A stretch of 64,000 nucleotides of DNA from assembly GCF_006345805.1 (NCBI RefSeq), contig NC_042998.1, positions 184,450,001-184,514,000 on the forward strand, written 5' to 3'. The notes below the pieces were generated by a model. The model saw only the letters and a program-made list of their open reading frames with translations. It searched no databases and was not told the origin of the DNA. Made by a program: the position numbers and the translations under genes. This DNA comes from Octopus sinensis. Lineage: Eukaryota. Numbering within the stretch: the stretch's first letter is position 1; every line of letters starts with the position of its first letter. Positions 1 to 11,698 of the stretch are shown here, piece after piece.

Positions 1-302
1 TTGTCTATAAGGAGAGTGTTACTGCAGTGAAGGTATTTTCGTGTTCAAGTGCACACAAACGTATTAAATATAAATGTACACAACTTTATTTTTATCAGCG
101 CTGCTTGATGTGCCGTTTATTAAATCCAGCTTGACAAGGTTTGCGCATTTTATTATTTGCTGTTTACATTATGTTTAAGTGGGTTATGAAGGACAGATTC
201 AGTGTCTGTAGCTGATGAAGCGTAAAGAAGCAGAAATACATGTCCTACAGTCGAATGACATCATTCATTGTCCGGCTCGGTGTTTTTTCGCACATTTTAA
301 AA

Positions 303-662
303 TCTTTTACTTGTATCAGTCTTTTGATTTCGGCCATGCTGGGGCACCGCCTTGAAGAATTTAAGTCGAACAAATCGACTCCAGGATTTATTCTTAAGCC
401 TAGTACTTATTCAGTTCGGATTCTTTTGCCGAACCGCTAGGTTACAGAGATGTAAACACACCAACACCGGTTGTCAAGCGGTTGTGGTGGGGACGAACAC
501 AAAGTCACACAGACACACGACGAGCTGTTTTTAGTTTCCGTCTACCAAATCCTAGGTCGGCCCGAGAGATTAGCAGAAGACACTTGCCCAAGGTGCCACG
601 CAGTGGCACTGAACCCGGAACTATGTGGTTGGGAAGCAAGCTTCTTACTTTACACCCATGCC
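303..662 (-). mobile_element. tRNA-derived SINE, family A (octopus OR-type SINE-like)
   Basis: Similar to copies at 18360, 58250 and 60182. The reverse strand has a tRNA-like head with A/B boxes (...GTTCCGGGTTCAGTGCC) and an AAAAGA-type tail. Confidence 0.85.
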
Positions 663-808
663 GAGACAGCTAACCAGCAAACGTTTTTTCAGGTTCGAGT
701 GCACAGAAACTTGTTAAATATAAATGTACACTGCTTACAGTAATGTGTATGTGTTGTGCTTGTGTGTATGTGTGCGTGTGTGTATACGGAGTGGTGTATA
801 TTTGTGGA

Positions 809-872
<64 letters not shown>

Positions 873-904
873 ATTATCTAGCACTGATTATATACTTAAG
901 TGTG

Positions 905-966
<62 letters not shown>

Positions 967-1366
967 TGCCTACACATGTGCGCACGTAGGCACACACTCG
1001 TCTATAGATATATAGATATATGTATTAAATACATGTGTATTTGTATATGTACATACATACATACATACATACAGTCATACATACATACATACATACATAC
1101 ATACATACATACATACACACATTTTTGCACACACATACTTATATACACTCACACACACTTGCATGTGTCTTTATGTAGAGAAAATTCATCGGCAGGCAAG
1201 CTTCTGTGTATATGTTACTGTAAATCCCTTAAGACTTCAAACAGCCACCAGAGACACTTGGCACTCCACCTAATTACTCGAGAATCTAGAACCTATTGCT
1301 AACACTTAAGCATTAATACCAACCGTTCTATGACACGCCTGAGTTTCAGCATCTTGAAATCATACC

Positions 1367-1367
<1 letters not shown>

Positions 1368-1430
<63 letters not shown>
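1368..1430. repeat. (ATA)n microsatellite
   Basis: Seen directly. Confidence 0.98.
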
Positions 1431-1431
<1 letters not shown>

Positions 1432-1857
1432 GATTTGCTTGTCAGTTGTTTGACCTTAACCAGTTGAGCATGTCCCTTAGTGGCTGACGATATGTGCATC
1501 TCTGATCACGAGCAGAAGTAGTGGGGGAGCATCATAGTCATGTGTTGAGAGGGATTCTTTGGTGTTTGAATAATTCACTTCTGGAAACATGGATGTTTCG
1601 TTCAACATCCTTAAACAACCCTTATTCTGGGACCTTTTGAGTAGGATGGGTTACTCGACTAGAAGAAAATTCTAACTGGGTCCCACCTGCAAGGTCATGT
1701 GCTGTTTATCTTGATATGAGATTGCCATATCGCGCACATATGGTTGTGATGCATGTGCCTAGTGTACCCTTATGAGACGGGTAGTCATGATGGGTATACT
1801 GGGCTTCGTATATTTTACCCCGGTGTCACTTTGATGGCATGCACTGCTCTCTCACTC
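1431..1857. mobile_element. ~430-bp interspersed repeat-like segment bounded by (AAT)n on both sides
   Basis: A higher-GC non-coding segment sits exactly between (ATA)n at 1368-1430 and (AAT)n from 1858. Family identity cannot be established from this window alone. Confidence 0.45.
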
Positions 1858-1879
1858 AATAATAATAATAATAAACGGA

Positions 1880-2670
1880 GGAATATTTCTAAAGATTAAG
1901 ATTGGTGTTGCGCTCTTTGACTGTAACACCAAAATTGACCGGTTGGAATAAAATTCAAGCAGTTAATACACGGGCGATAGCATCACTTCGGCATGGTGTT
2001 GGAATCATAAAATGGCAAAAGAAAGAACTGATGAACATGGATACGAAGACAGAAAAATATTGACAGTGCACGGAGCCTTCCACCCTAAGCGTGACACCGA
2101 TAGCCTGTACTTGTCCAGGAGAAAGGGTGGGAAAAGTTTGATCAGTTGCCAGGATTATATCGAAACAGAGGAAAGCAGCTTAGGGTGGTATGTAAAAAAT
2201 ACCGTGAATTTTTTCTCCCAAGTTTATAATTTTCATTGCTCGGTAAATCCTACTCATCAAGAAGTCCGGTATATGTATAACACGAATGAACTACTTATCT
2301 CAACGATTCCCACGAGAGAGCTGAACTTGCCTTACAGTTGAAACTTTTTAATATAACACAACTACTAACTGTGCACCAGCTCAAATTTCCATTGTTGAAA
2401 TATGAGAAAAAGTTCGGCGATGTTAAAACTGCTAATTGTGTAAAGAAAGAAAATCTTGATGAGGAAAAGAGCACAAAAAACAGAAACAGCATGGAAGGAG
2501 AAAAAAAAATGTACGGTCAGTTTGTAAGATATACGAACGCCAGGATAGATACAGGATGAGGAGGAGTGACCTGAGGATAGAGATCGAAGCACTTATATGC
2601 GCAGCTCAAGAACAAGCGTTAAGGACGAAGAATATGTGGTGAGACGGTACATCGTTAACAAATGCCCGAA
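1880..2670 (+). mobile_element. decayed Dong/R4-like non-LTR retrotransposon fragment (region downstream of RT)
   Basis: Peptides HGAFHPKRDTDSLYLSRRKGGKSLISCQD..SLGWYVKN, MYGQFVR and EALICAAQEQALRT resemble R4/Dong-clade ORFs. Frameshifted. Confidence 0.65.
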
Positions 2671-2674
2671 ATTG

Positions 2675-2675
2675 A

Positions 2676-2746
<71 letters not shown>
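2675..2746. repeat. (TAC)n microsatellite
   Basis: Seen directly. Confidence 0.98.
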
Positions 2747-2931
2747 AGGCAACGAACTTGCTTGCAGAATTGTTAGAGCGTTAGAAAATGCTTTGTGAAA
2801 CTTCTTCCGAATCATTATGCTCTCTAGTTCAAATATCACCGAAGTCACCTTTGTCTTTCTTCCTTTCTGGGGGTCGATAAAACGAAATACCAGTCAAGAA
2901 CTGGAGTCGATACTATCGACTAATCTTTCCT

Positions 2932-3207
2932 AAAACTATTGCAGCGTGGAATGTGTTTGTAAGCCATTTAAGAAACACACAAAAGCCGTTCGATTCACTT
3001 CAACATTTAAGTTTAATTTGTCAAAATATTTTCGTCGCTTTAAGACAAAAATCCGAGATGCAGCACAGATTTTTGTCAGTGAACAGGTCGCGGTCTTAAA
3101 GCGACGAAAATATTTTGACAAATTAAACTTAAATGTTGAAGTGAATCGAACGGCTTTTGTGTGTTTCTTAAATGGCTTACAAACACCTTCCACGCTGCAA
3201 TAGTTTT
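2932..3207. repeat. long inverted repeat / foldback (115-bp arms, 46-bp spacer)
   Basis: 2932-3046 is the reverse complement of 3093-3207 with one mismatch seen. This explains the mirror-image ORFs at 2936/2946. Confidence 0.95.
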
Positions 3208-4391
3208 CGTTTCAGCACACGATCTCAGATCAAATCACTTGCTATGCAGGTACATCTCCGTAATTCCTAAAACTGCTGAAATAAAACGCGCCAAAGCAAC
3301 AGACATTGAAGAATTATACGAAAAACCAAAATCAGTTCAGATACACCCAAAACTCTATCTTTAATTACAACATACATCCCAAGAAACAATCAGAGCATAC
3401 TGTTATTGACCTTAGACCCAAAATGAAAAAGGCACTTGAATACTCAAATACAAAAGGCAATCAAAATTCCTAAAAAACTACTTACCAACGCGAAACAACC
3501 AACAACGGACTCACCTCCAACAGTTAAAAAATGTGGCTTATCCAATTGAGGACACGACTTATAAATTTAAATCAGGACAAGCTTTTGTTGAGAAACCGAT
3601 GAAGTGTAAGATAAGGTTAAAATATATTCCTATATTTTAAAATATAATTAAATTCTAATTAATTCTGATTTATTCTTAGTGCATTTTCGACTTCATTTCT
3701 TCAATTTCTCCACTTGTTTGGATTAATAACAATTTTTTTTTCTCTCTCTCCCTCCCTCCCTTCTTCTCTCTCTCTCTCTCTCTCCATATATATGATTGAT
3801 TGATTGATTGATTCTAGTTTCAGCTCATGAGCTGTGGCCATGCTGGGGCACCGCCATTTATATATATGTATGGTTTATATATAGATTTTAGACTTTTACA
3901 TATAAATACACATATAAAAATGCACAAACCAATGCGCGTGCACACACACGCGTACACATGTAGTCACACGCATTACGCACATAGACTATGGTAATACCTC
4001 TCAAAAACGACTCTGATTATTTCTGATTTCTTTGAATAGTTCTTGCCTATGTATATTTTCGTCTTACTTTACTTTTCATAAAATTTTGCATCCATCTATT
4101 TACTTCATTTCCCAAAGTCTTCCTCCACCACAGCTTCGCTGCCATACACACATTACTCTCTATCTCTTTCTACCCACATCTCTCTCTGTCACTGTCTCTT
4201 CTATATATAGAATTCACCATATCGTTCACTCACTCTGTTTATCTCCGTTGTTTTATTACGTTACAGCTCTATCTTTTTTCTTTGCTCCTCTCCGCACTTA
4301 CTCGCAATATACGTTTCTCTCACTCTTTTTTTTTCATCCCACCATATATTGCCTTGTCTGCTCACCTGATTATTCTTTCGCTATCAACTCT

Positions 4392-4427
<36 letters not shown>

Positions 4428-4559
4428 TTCAACCAACTCTGTCAATCTCTCACCAATGTATTTATTTATCTAATCTGTATCTATTTATAATACTTTCTTT
4501 TCCACTTCACTCAGCACAGCCACAGCTTTCTCTTTTTCACGAGAGAGAGAGAGAGATGA

Positions 4560-4610
<51 letters not shown>

Positions 4611-4699
4611 GAGAAAGCGTGTGTGTGTGGACGTGTGTGTAAGAAAGAGACAGTGAAAGAGAGAGGGAGAGAGGGTGGGCTAACTGAGAGAGAAATGTG

Positions 4700-4839
4700 A
4701 TTTAGCGTTTTCCATATTGCGGTAATTTATATATAGACTCGAAACGTAAAATACTTTTTCTATTCTTGAGCGTTATACTAATACATCTGTTTGTTTTGTA
4801 CACCACCCGTCTTCGTCTTTTGTTTTTTTCGTAAACTCT

Positions 4840-4843
<4 letters not shown>
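4700..4843 (+). mobile_element. degenerate copy of the short (TA)n-abutting repeat also at 9100-9296 and 14466-14680
   Basis: Shares CTCGAAACGTAAAA...GAGCG..ATACTAATACA...GTCTTCGTCTTTTGTTT and ends at a (TA)n tract. Confidence 0.6.
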
Positions 4844-4886
<43 letters not shown>

Positions 4887-5059
4887 ATATATTATATATA
4901 TATATATATATTATATATATATATATACATATACATATATACAGATATGCAGGAAGTAAATAGACACCTTAATTTTCAAAATCTTTTATTTAATACACAA
5001 AGCGAACAGCTGAATTGTAATCGATAGGTAGGACTACATACTTTAGTATTTAGATGATA

Positions 5060-5580
5060 TTCCCTTTGCAGTTTTTAATTCAGAAACTCTTTTTGGCATT
5101 GAACTGATGAGTTTTGTGATTGTCTCCTGTCGAATTTCTGCCCACTTTTCACGCAACAATCGAAACAATTCGTCTTTATAGCTCTATCTAGATTTTCGGC
5201 TGAGTTCATGTCAGGAGATTGGCTCGGCCAAGGAAGCTTTTTGATCCCACTGATGATTCCTTTTCGCTGTGTGGCATGGAGCCCCATCTTCCATGAATAA
5301 AACTCATTTTTCGTTATGTTATCGTGTGAATACATCGGAAGTTGTCCTTGCTTAAGAATTTCGATGTATTTTTCAGAGTTTATGGTTCCAACACATTCGA
5401 TCAGCTCAGAACGGTCATTGCTGGTGACAGCTCTCCATACCATTACAGAGATACCGCCATGTTTCACAGCTGGCTGGAGTCGTTTCAAATCAAATTATTG
5501 ATTGGCAAGCCCCCAAACCCAAACACATCCACTGTCTGAATATGACGCAAATCTGGATTCATCTGAGAAAGCTTTTTTCC
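5060..5580 (-). mobile_element. Tc1/mariner transposase fragment (pseudogenised)
   Basis: KHGGISVMVW, YIEILKQ and LPWPSQSPDMNSAENL match the Tc1 DDE domain motifs (KHGGGSVMVW; WPSQSPDLNPIENLW). Confidence 0.85.
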
Positions 5581-5653
5581 AGACCAAAGCAGAAAATAGA
5601 GATTTATTTCTAAATTAAGTAGGTCAATATTCGTGTACACTAATCGTTTATTC

Positions 5654-5840
5654 AAGGCGGTGAGCTGGTAGACTCGTTAGCATGCCAGGCAAAATGCTTA
5701 GCGGCATTTCGTCCGTATTTACGTTCTGAGTTCAAATTCCGCTAAGGTCGTCTTTGCCTTCCATTATTTCATGTTGGTGTAATCGACTTGTCATCTGCCG
5801 CAAAATTTTAGGCCTTGGGTCTATAGCAGAAAGGATTATT
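5654..5840 (+). mobile_element. tRNA-derived SINE, family B (degenerate)
   Basis: Head AAGGCGGTGAGCTGGTAGACTCGTTAGCA...TTCTGAGTTCAAATTCCGC, similar to the copies at 32881 and 50008. Confidence 0.75.
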
Positions 5841-7199
5841 CGTTTATTCATTTATTTTATTCTATTATTTGTTTCAGCCACTGGATTGCGGTCATGATGT
5901 TGCACAGTATTGAAGGGATTTATTAGTCCATGGAATCGATAACAATACTTACTTATACTAAGCTTGGCACTTATTTTATCGACCTCTTTCTTTTTACCGA
6001 TCCGCTGAGTTGTGCAAGCAAACTTAACTTAACTTATACCAGTTGCCAAACGCCGAGAGAAAAAAGGACACACATACACACTCTATTTCGTGCACATACA
6101 ACCCTTCCACACATACGACGGGTTTCGTCCTAATTTCTGTCTGCAATATTCACTCACAAATTAATTGGTTGGTTCGGGGTTATAGTGGATGAGACTTGCC
6201 GAATGTGCCTTGCACTTGGACAGAATCTGAACCCCTGTGGCCGCGAAGCAAATTTCTAAATCAAACATTCATGTTTAAATGAGCATTCTTATTCAGTATA
6301 TTAATTAGACTTTACCATAACAAGTTAGCAACAACTGAGACACAAATACTGCGTATATTGTGATCATAATTTAGAGAGAGGGCCGATTATCTGCAAAAAA
6401 AAAAGGTATCACATTAGACTTGTAGAATATTATGGTAAGCGACAAAATAAAGAGAAATGTAGAAATCTTTGTAATATATTTGTATGTAAATCAAATTTCG
6501 TCGAGGTCGACTTTGACGTTTGACCCTTTCGGTGTCTATAACATAAGTACCAATTGAACACTGGAGTCGAAATTGCTGGCCTTGAGTCAAAATTTGAAAC
6601 CATGTAAATCAGTTTAAACTGGATTTGTACATGTGAGGCAGTGAAAATAAGAATTAGACTCATTCACATAGTTTAGTACTATATTACTATGTTTTCTTGT
6701 TTGTACTGAATAGGGATTGGAAGAAGGAAGATGTTAGGTAGTTATAGGATACACGACTAACAAACGATTTTTTAAGCGTCTTTCTGTTTGATTATTGATC
6801 TCTGGTTATAGAAATTCTTGGCTGCAACTATACATGTAGAAACAAATTATATTGCTGCCAACAAGATTTATGTTTGAGAAGAATCTATATGCATGAGGAC
6901 TTTAATCAATTCAAAAGATTCAAGGTTATTCTCATTTTTTTTCTTAATGTATTTATTCACCAGGAGTTGATCTTTTGCTGGCCTAGAATTAATAATTGCT
7001 TAGAAACTAAGTCAAATATGGCAAATGCATTCAGCTCGACGGTCTATCGTTTCTGTTTCTTAATCATCTTTGATTATGTTAATTATATTGCCTCAAGAAT
7101 TAGCTCGTACATACTAAACTATAAATTAGCTTACTATGATCATGATATTTATGCAGTTTGTAAATATGATTAATGATCGCAAATCATTTTTATTTTCCT

Positions 7200-7398
7200 T
7201 CTATTATAGGCGTAAAAGCTGAAATTTTGGACGGAGGGGACTAGTTAATTGCATCGACTGGTACTTTATTGATCCCGAAAGGATGAAAGGCAAAGTCGAT
7301 CTCGGCGGAATTTGAACTCAGAACATGAAGAGTCTGAAAAAGAAAATGCTGCTAAGTGTGTTTTCCAGTGTGATAACGATTCTACCAGCTCGCTGCCT
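7200..7398 (-). mobile_element. SINE family B (degenerate)
   Basis: Shares CCCGAAAGGATGAAAGGCAAAGTCGA.CTCGGCGGAATTTGAACTCAGAAC with the other copies. Confidence 0.75.
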
Positions 7399-7489
7399 TC
7401 GCATGGAAAATCATTTTAAAACTGAAAGAAATACTAATTTGTGACAATATATTTAAGAGTTCAAACATTTTATCCTCCCCATATTTCAA

Positions 7490-8750
7490 GACTTCTGCAC
7501 AGATTCCATCTGACCCTGGAGATGTTATTCAGCTTATTCACAGCTAAATAAATGTCATTTAGAGTTGGTTCAAATACCATCTCTTCTGTAACTGGAAGGT
7601 GTTCGATTTTTACTATCGTCCTCATGTCAGCGGATGATGGTCTATTCAAAAGAGCAGAAAATGTTCTACCCAGCGATTATGAATAGAAGTAAACGTCCAT
7701 TTGCTGTTCCCACTGGAGCTATTGAAGAAAATTTTGGGCCATGTACCTCCTTAACATAAGAGTACAAACCCTTGTCATCGTTTCTATCAGCTGCTTCTTG
7801 TGCCCCTTTTGCTCTATCATTCCACTATTCCTATTTAATTTTCTTAGAGCAGTCTGCACTTTCCGTTTCAGCTTTCTGTAAGCTTCATTTGAATTGGGGT
7901 TCAAGGACTGAGAAAGAAGTGTATTGCCTAAGTTTTGTTTTTCTAAAAGTAGATGATGAATTTCTGCTGATCTATCTGAGAACCAGTCATTGCATTTATG
8001 TGATTTAAATCCCACCGACGAACTTGCAACCTGAAATACTTTTGTTTTGAACTCTTCCCATAGATTGTTTGGGTCAAGATTGATACTTTCTATACCATCG
8101 TGGAATCTTTGCCAGTTGCTTGATAATTTAAATTTTGCAATATTTAACTTTTTGGGTACCTTAAGATCAGAGTATCGATTTTTAGGCAGTATCCAAAAAT
8201 CTATTTTACCATGCACTAGATGATGGCCAGTCCAGTTCTCTACTCCTCTCATGGCACGAACGCTAGAGACATTTTTCATACCACGTTTTCTAATCAGAAT
8301 ACAATCTATGAGATGCCAGTACTTAGATCTTGGGTGCATCCGGGTGGTTTTATATTTATTTTTTGCTTAAACAGATTATTCGCAGTACAAAACGTCAAGA
8401 GAGTTACTCCATTTTTATTACATTTTCCAATCCCATGTCCTAAAACAGGCAATGGAACATAGTCCTTTCCAACTCTTGCATTGAAATCTCCCAATATGAC
8501 CAGCTTGTCAGAAATTGATACTTTCCTCAATAATTGTGCTAGATCATCATAAAACTGTCCTACAGTTTCTTCAGAATGGAACATTGTTGGTGCATAAATA
8601 CTGACAACGGTAAGAAACCTACCTTTTTCTCAGTTTAATACGGCATGACATGATCAGTTCAGATATACCAATTGGAAGCTCTGCAATGGAGAATACTAAT
8701 ATATTCTTGAGAGCAAACCCAACACCAGATTCAACACTATTTTAAGATCC
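7490..8750 (-). mobile_element. RTE-clade LINE fragment (AP endonuclease domain and linker), decayed
   Basis: SGVGFALKN, FYDDLAQLLRKVSISDKLVILGDFNARVGKD and HPRSKYWHLIDCILIR are typical RTE/BovB-like APE motifs. Frameshifted. Confidence 0.9.
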
Positions 8751-9099
8751 ACAAAAATCAGAACTTATCTGCAGCTCTCGGCGGTCCAAATCGGATGTGC
8801 AATCTATGTGTGTGTCTTTTCAGAACAATGTCTGTTTTAAAAAGCCACATCAGATGCCATGATGGTGCTAAGGTCTAGGTAGAGGAGGTGGTCAAGCTCT
8901 GCATAGGGAGTAGACAACTACTACTAAGCGTTCATAACGTTTATATACGTACACACACAAACATATGTGCATGTATGTACTCATACATACACACATATCC
9001 ACACACACATGCATTCATACATACATACATACATACATACATACACACATACATACATACATACATGCATACATACATACATAGATCGCCATGTTGATT

Positions 9100-9296
9100 C
9101 GTTAGCTACTGCACGCATTTTTTTTCTCTCCTTCTTTCTGTGTTTTTCTCTCTCTGTGTATCTTTCTGTTGAAGAGCGTAGGCTCGAAACGTTAAAGACT
9201 TGTTTTATTTATATTTCCTGAGCGCCATACTAATACAATTGTTCGTTTGTTTTCCACCTGCCTTCGTCTTTTGTTTATTTTCATAAAGCTTCCCGT
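9100..9296 (+). mobile_element. short repeat with a hammerhead-ribozyme-like motif, probably a Penelope-like 3' end or derivative
   Basis: Homologous to 14466-14680 (minus) and 4700-4843. Contains TCTTT-CTGTTGA-A-GAGC-GTAG-GCTC-GAAA-CGTT-AAAGA and is followed by (TA)n. Confidence 0.55.
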
Positions 9297-9347
<51 letters not shown>

Positions 9348-10008
9348 TAGAGAAGAACCACCATGTAGCTATTCAACAATGATATACTTAAATCATACCA
9401 TATAGAAAAAATGAAAGATACGATAAGACATTTACCTAGAACTAAATAAAGTACGAAATAATAAATAAATAGTATATAATTAGTATATAGACTACACATG
9501 TTTTGTAGCTATATTTTCAGACTGATAACAGTAAAATAAATTCAATTTAAATATAGTCACTCATCAGGTCAAAGATAAAAATAATAAAATAATTAAATAA
9601 ATGTACGTATATGTACATAAAATAATTAAATAAATGTACGAATTAACGTATTACATATGATTTACATTGGGAAATAATTTTGTAAAACAAAATCTTATCG
9701 AATAGGTAGGAATTTTTATTTGTTATGTAATATTGCATATAAGTAAATACTTTTTATAATAATAAACTTTTGTTAATTCTATAAATGAGTGTAATATTAA
9801 ATCTATATATAAATTGAATTAATTATATATTATAAGTTTAACTAATTTGTATGTATATATTTGAACCATTTTCTATTTTTAATTCTTGTAGTTATAGTGT
9901 GTAGTAGTATTATGTATATTAGTTAGCATGAAGTTTTTTTTGTATATATTACTTAATTAGAATAAGATTTAACTTAGATGTTTATTGAATAAATAAATAA
10001 ATTAATAA

Positions 10009-11475
10009 TCTCTTATTATAAAAGGCAGATTTTATCTGCCTCCCTTTGTCAGTTATAGAAATCTACAATATAGGATTTCTTCAATTACAATTTACCTAGC
10101 ATTTTTAAGAGTAGAATGCATCGGGTCATGCCAGGTCCAGTTTTTAAAATTTAAACTCCAATTAAGCAAATTTTACAGAAAACTCACATTCTGGTGTGTA
10201 TGTCAAATGCTTTTCTTAATGTGGTTTACACCACACGCAAACGCACACACACACAAACGGAGCGAACTGTTTCACTGACGCTATCACCCTTCTCCTCCTT
10301 TGTCTTTGCAAGTTTGCAGCTATTAAAGTGAAAACAGTGAATCTGACAGCGATAAAGAAAACGAATTAGCACCTGAATGGAGTGAAAATTTAAAAACTGT
10401 TTCTTTCGGTGATTTTTCTGAAGAAACCGCACCAAGCCACAGACTTTCCCAGAAGAGTAAAGCCTTAGACTATTTATTTTTACTTTTTCGAAATCATTAC
10501 GGCAGAAACGAACCGTTACGCTAAACGTAAACAAAACGAAAGAAAGGATAGTTTGTTATTTCCCACAACCTTAAATGAAATTAAGGCCTATTTTGCCATA
10601 AATATTATTATGGGTATCAGAAAGTTACCCAGAATAACAAATTCTATCGTAAAATTTTGTTGTATACCCAATTGAATATTAGCTAATAACCCATTTTCTA
10701 TAGCGATGTTTGAACAAAATTTTTATAATTTTATATATTGTTGAATTTACCTGTATCTACCTGCAATTAGAGTCACTTTGTGACAAAAATTATAGTATAG
10801 AATTGGTTGAGGACATTTCATTAAATTATCTTCCAAAATTCACGTTAATATATTGATAAATAAAAAAGTTATTGTTGTTAATGAAACCAGACTAAATTTA
10901 TGATTACGTTAGAAATTAATTGAAACACATAAGGGGTGTATTTTGGTCAGAAATATAGTAACGAAAGGGTTAAGAAAAACAAAAAAATATTTTATTCTTT
11001 ATAAATGTTGTATTCAAAATAACATTTTCTTTTAAGAATGTGTATATAACAAAGTATGTGTATATAACTACGTGACATATCTTTATATATAAGAGTGAAG
11101 TTGTGTGTCTGTCTCCTACGATTTAGATTCCTAACTACTCCCACATTTTGCGGTGCAGTGTAACCAAAACCGGGTATCTTATAGTCGTGAGTCATATCGA
11201 GCCCTTCTGGGTATTAGCGCGCGTCTACGATGAGTCTACGATTTAAAAAAATTTACCATCATATTTTTCCATTTTAATGCATTTTTTTCGCTATTATATA
11301 AGGGAAGTAACTCTCTAAAAATATCTACGATGTGTCAACGATTTAAAATGAAATTTACCTTAATTTGTTTTCCATTTTTAATGCATTTTTTCCTATTTTT
11401 TGGCTATAACTCTCTAAAAATGCTTATATAGTTATTTCCCTTACAAACCCGAGCAACGCCGGGCGATACTGCTAG
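10009..11475 (+). mobile_element. non-autonomous Helitron
   Basis: 5' end A|TCTCTTATTATA and 3' end CTAG|T (insertion between A and T). Subterminal GC hairpin CCCGAGCAACGCCGGG at 11448-11463. No TSD, as expected for Helitrons. Confidence 0.8.
10415..10973 (+). mobile_element. piggyBac (PGBD4-like) transposase fragment and a piggyBac-like right end inside the Helitron
   Basis: Translates (with a frameshift) to LDYLFLLF..EIITAETNRYA...FPTTLNEIKAYFAINIIMGIRKLPRI, matching the piggyBac N-terminal core (ETNRYA; EMKAFxG..I.MG..KLP). Ends AAAGGG|TTAA at 10970-10973. Confidence 0.75.
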
Positions 11476-11603
11476 TTTAATGTATAAAGATTAAATTATA
11501 GTATACATTCGCCCTCCCACATACACTATACACACTCATACACTATACCCACAGACACACAGACACACACATATATATATATATGTATGTATATATATAT
11601 GTA

Positions 11604-11639
<36 letters not shown>

Positions 11640-11698
11640 TGTATGTATGTATGTATGTATGTATGTATGTATGTATGTATATATATATATATATATAC

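Noticed and set aside
743-1302. ORFs rich in YI/HT/CV/LS repeats here and throughout (e.g. 11526-11967, 13666-14467, 35545-36378, 45816-46493, 59237-62925)
   Set aside because: These are translations of (TA)n, (CA)n, (CATA)n and (CTAT)n microsatellites, which lack stop codons in several frames. There is no coding signal.
2936-3203. Pair of nearly identical 85-aa ORFs on opposite strands
   Set aside because: A by-product of the inverted repeat, not genes.
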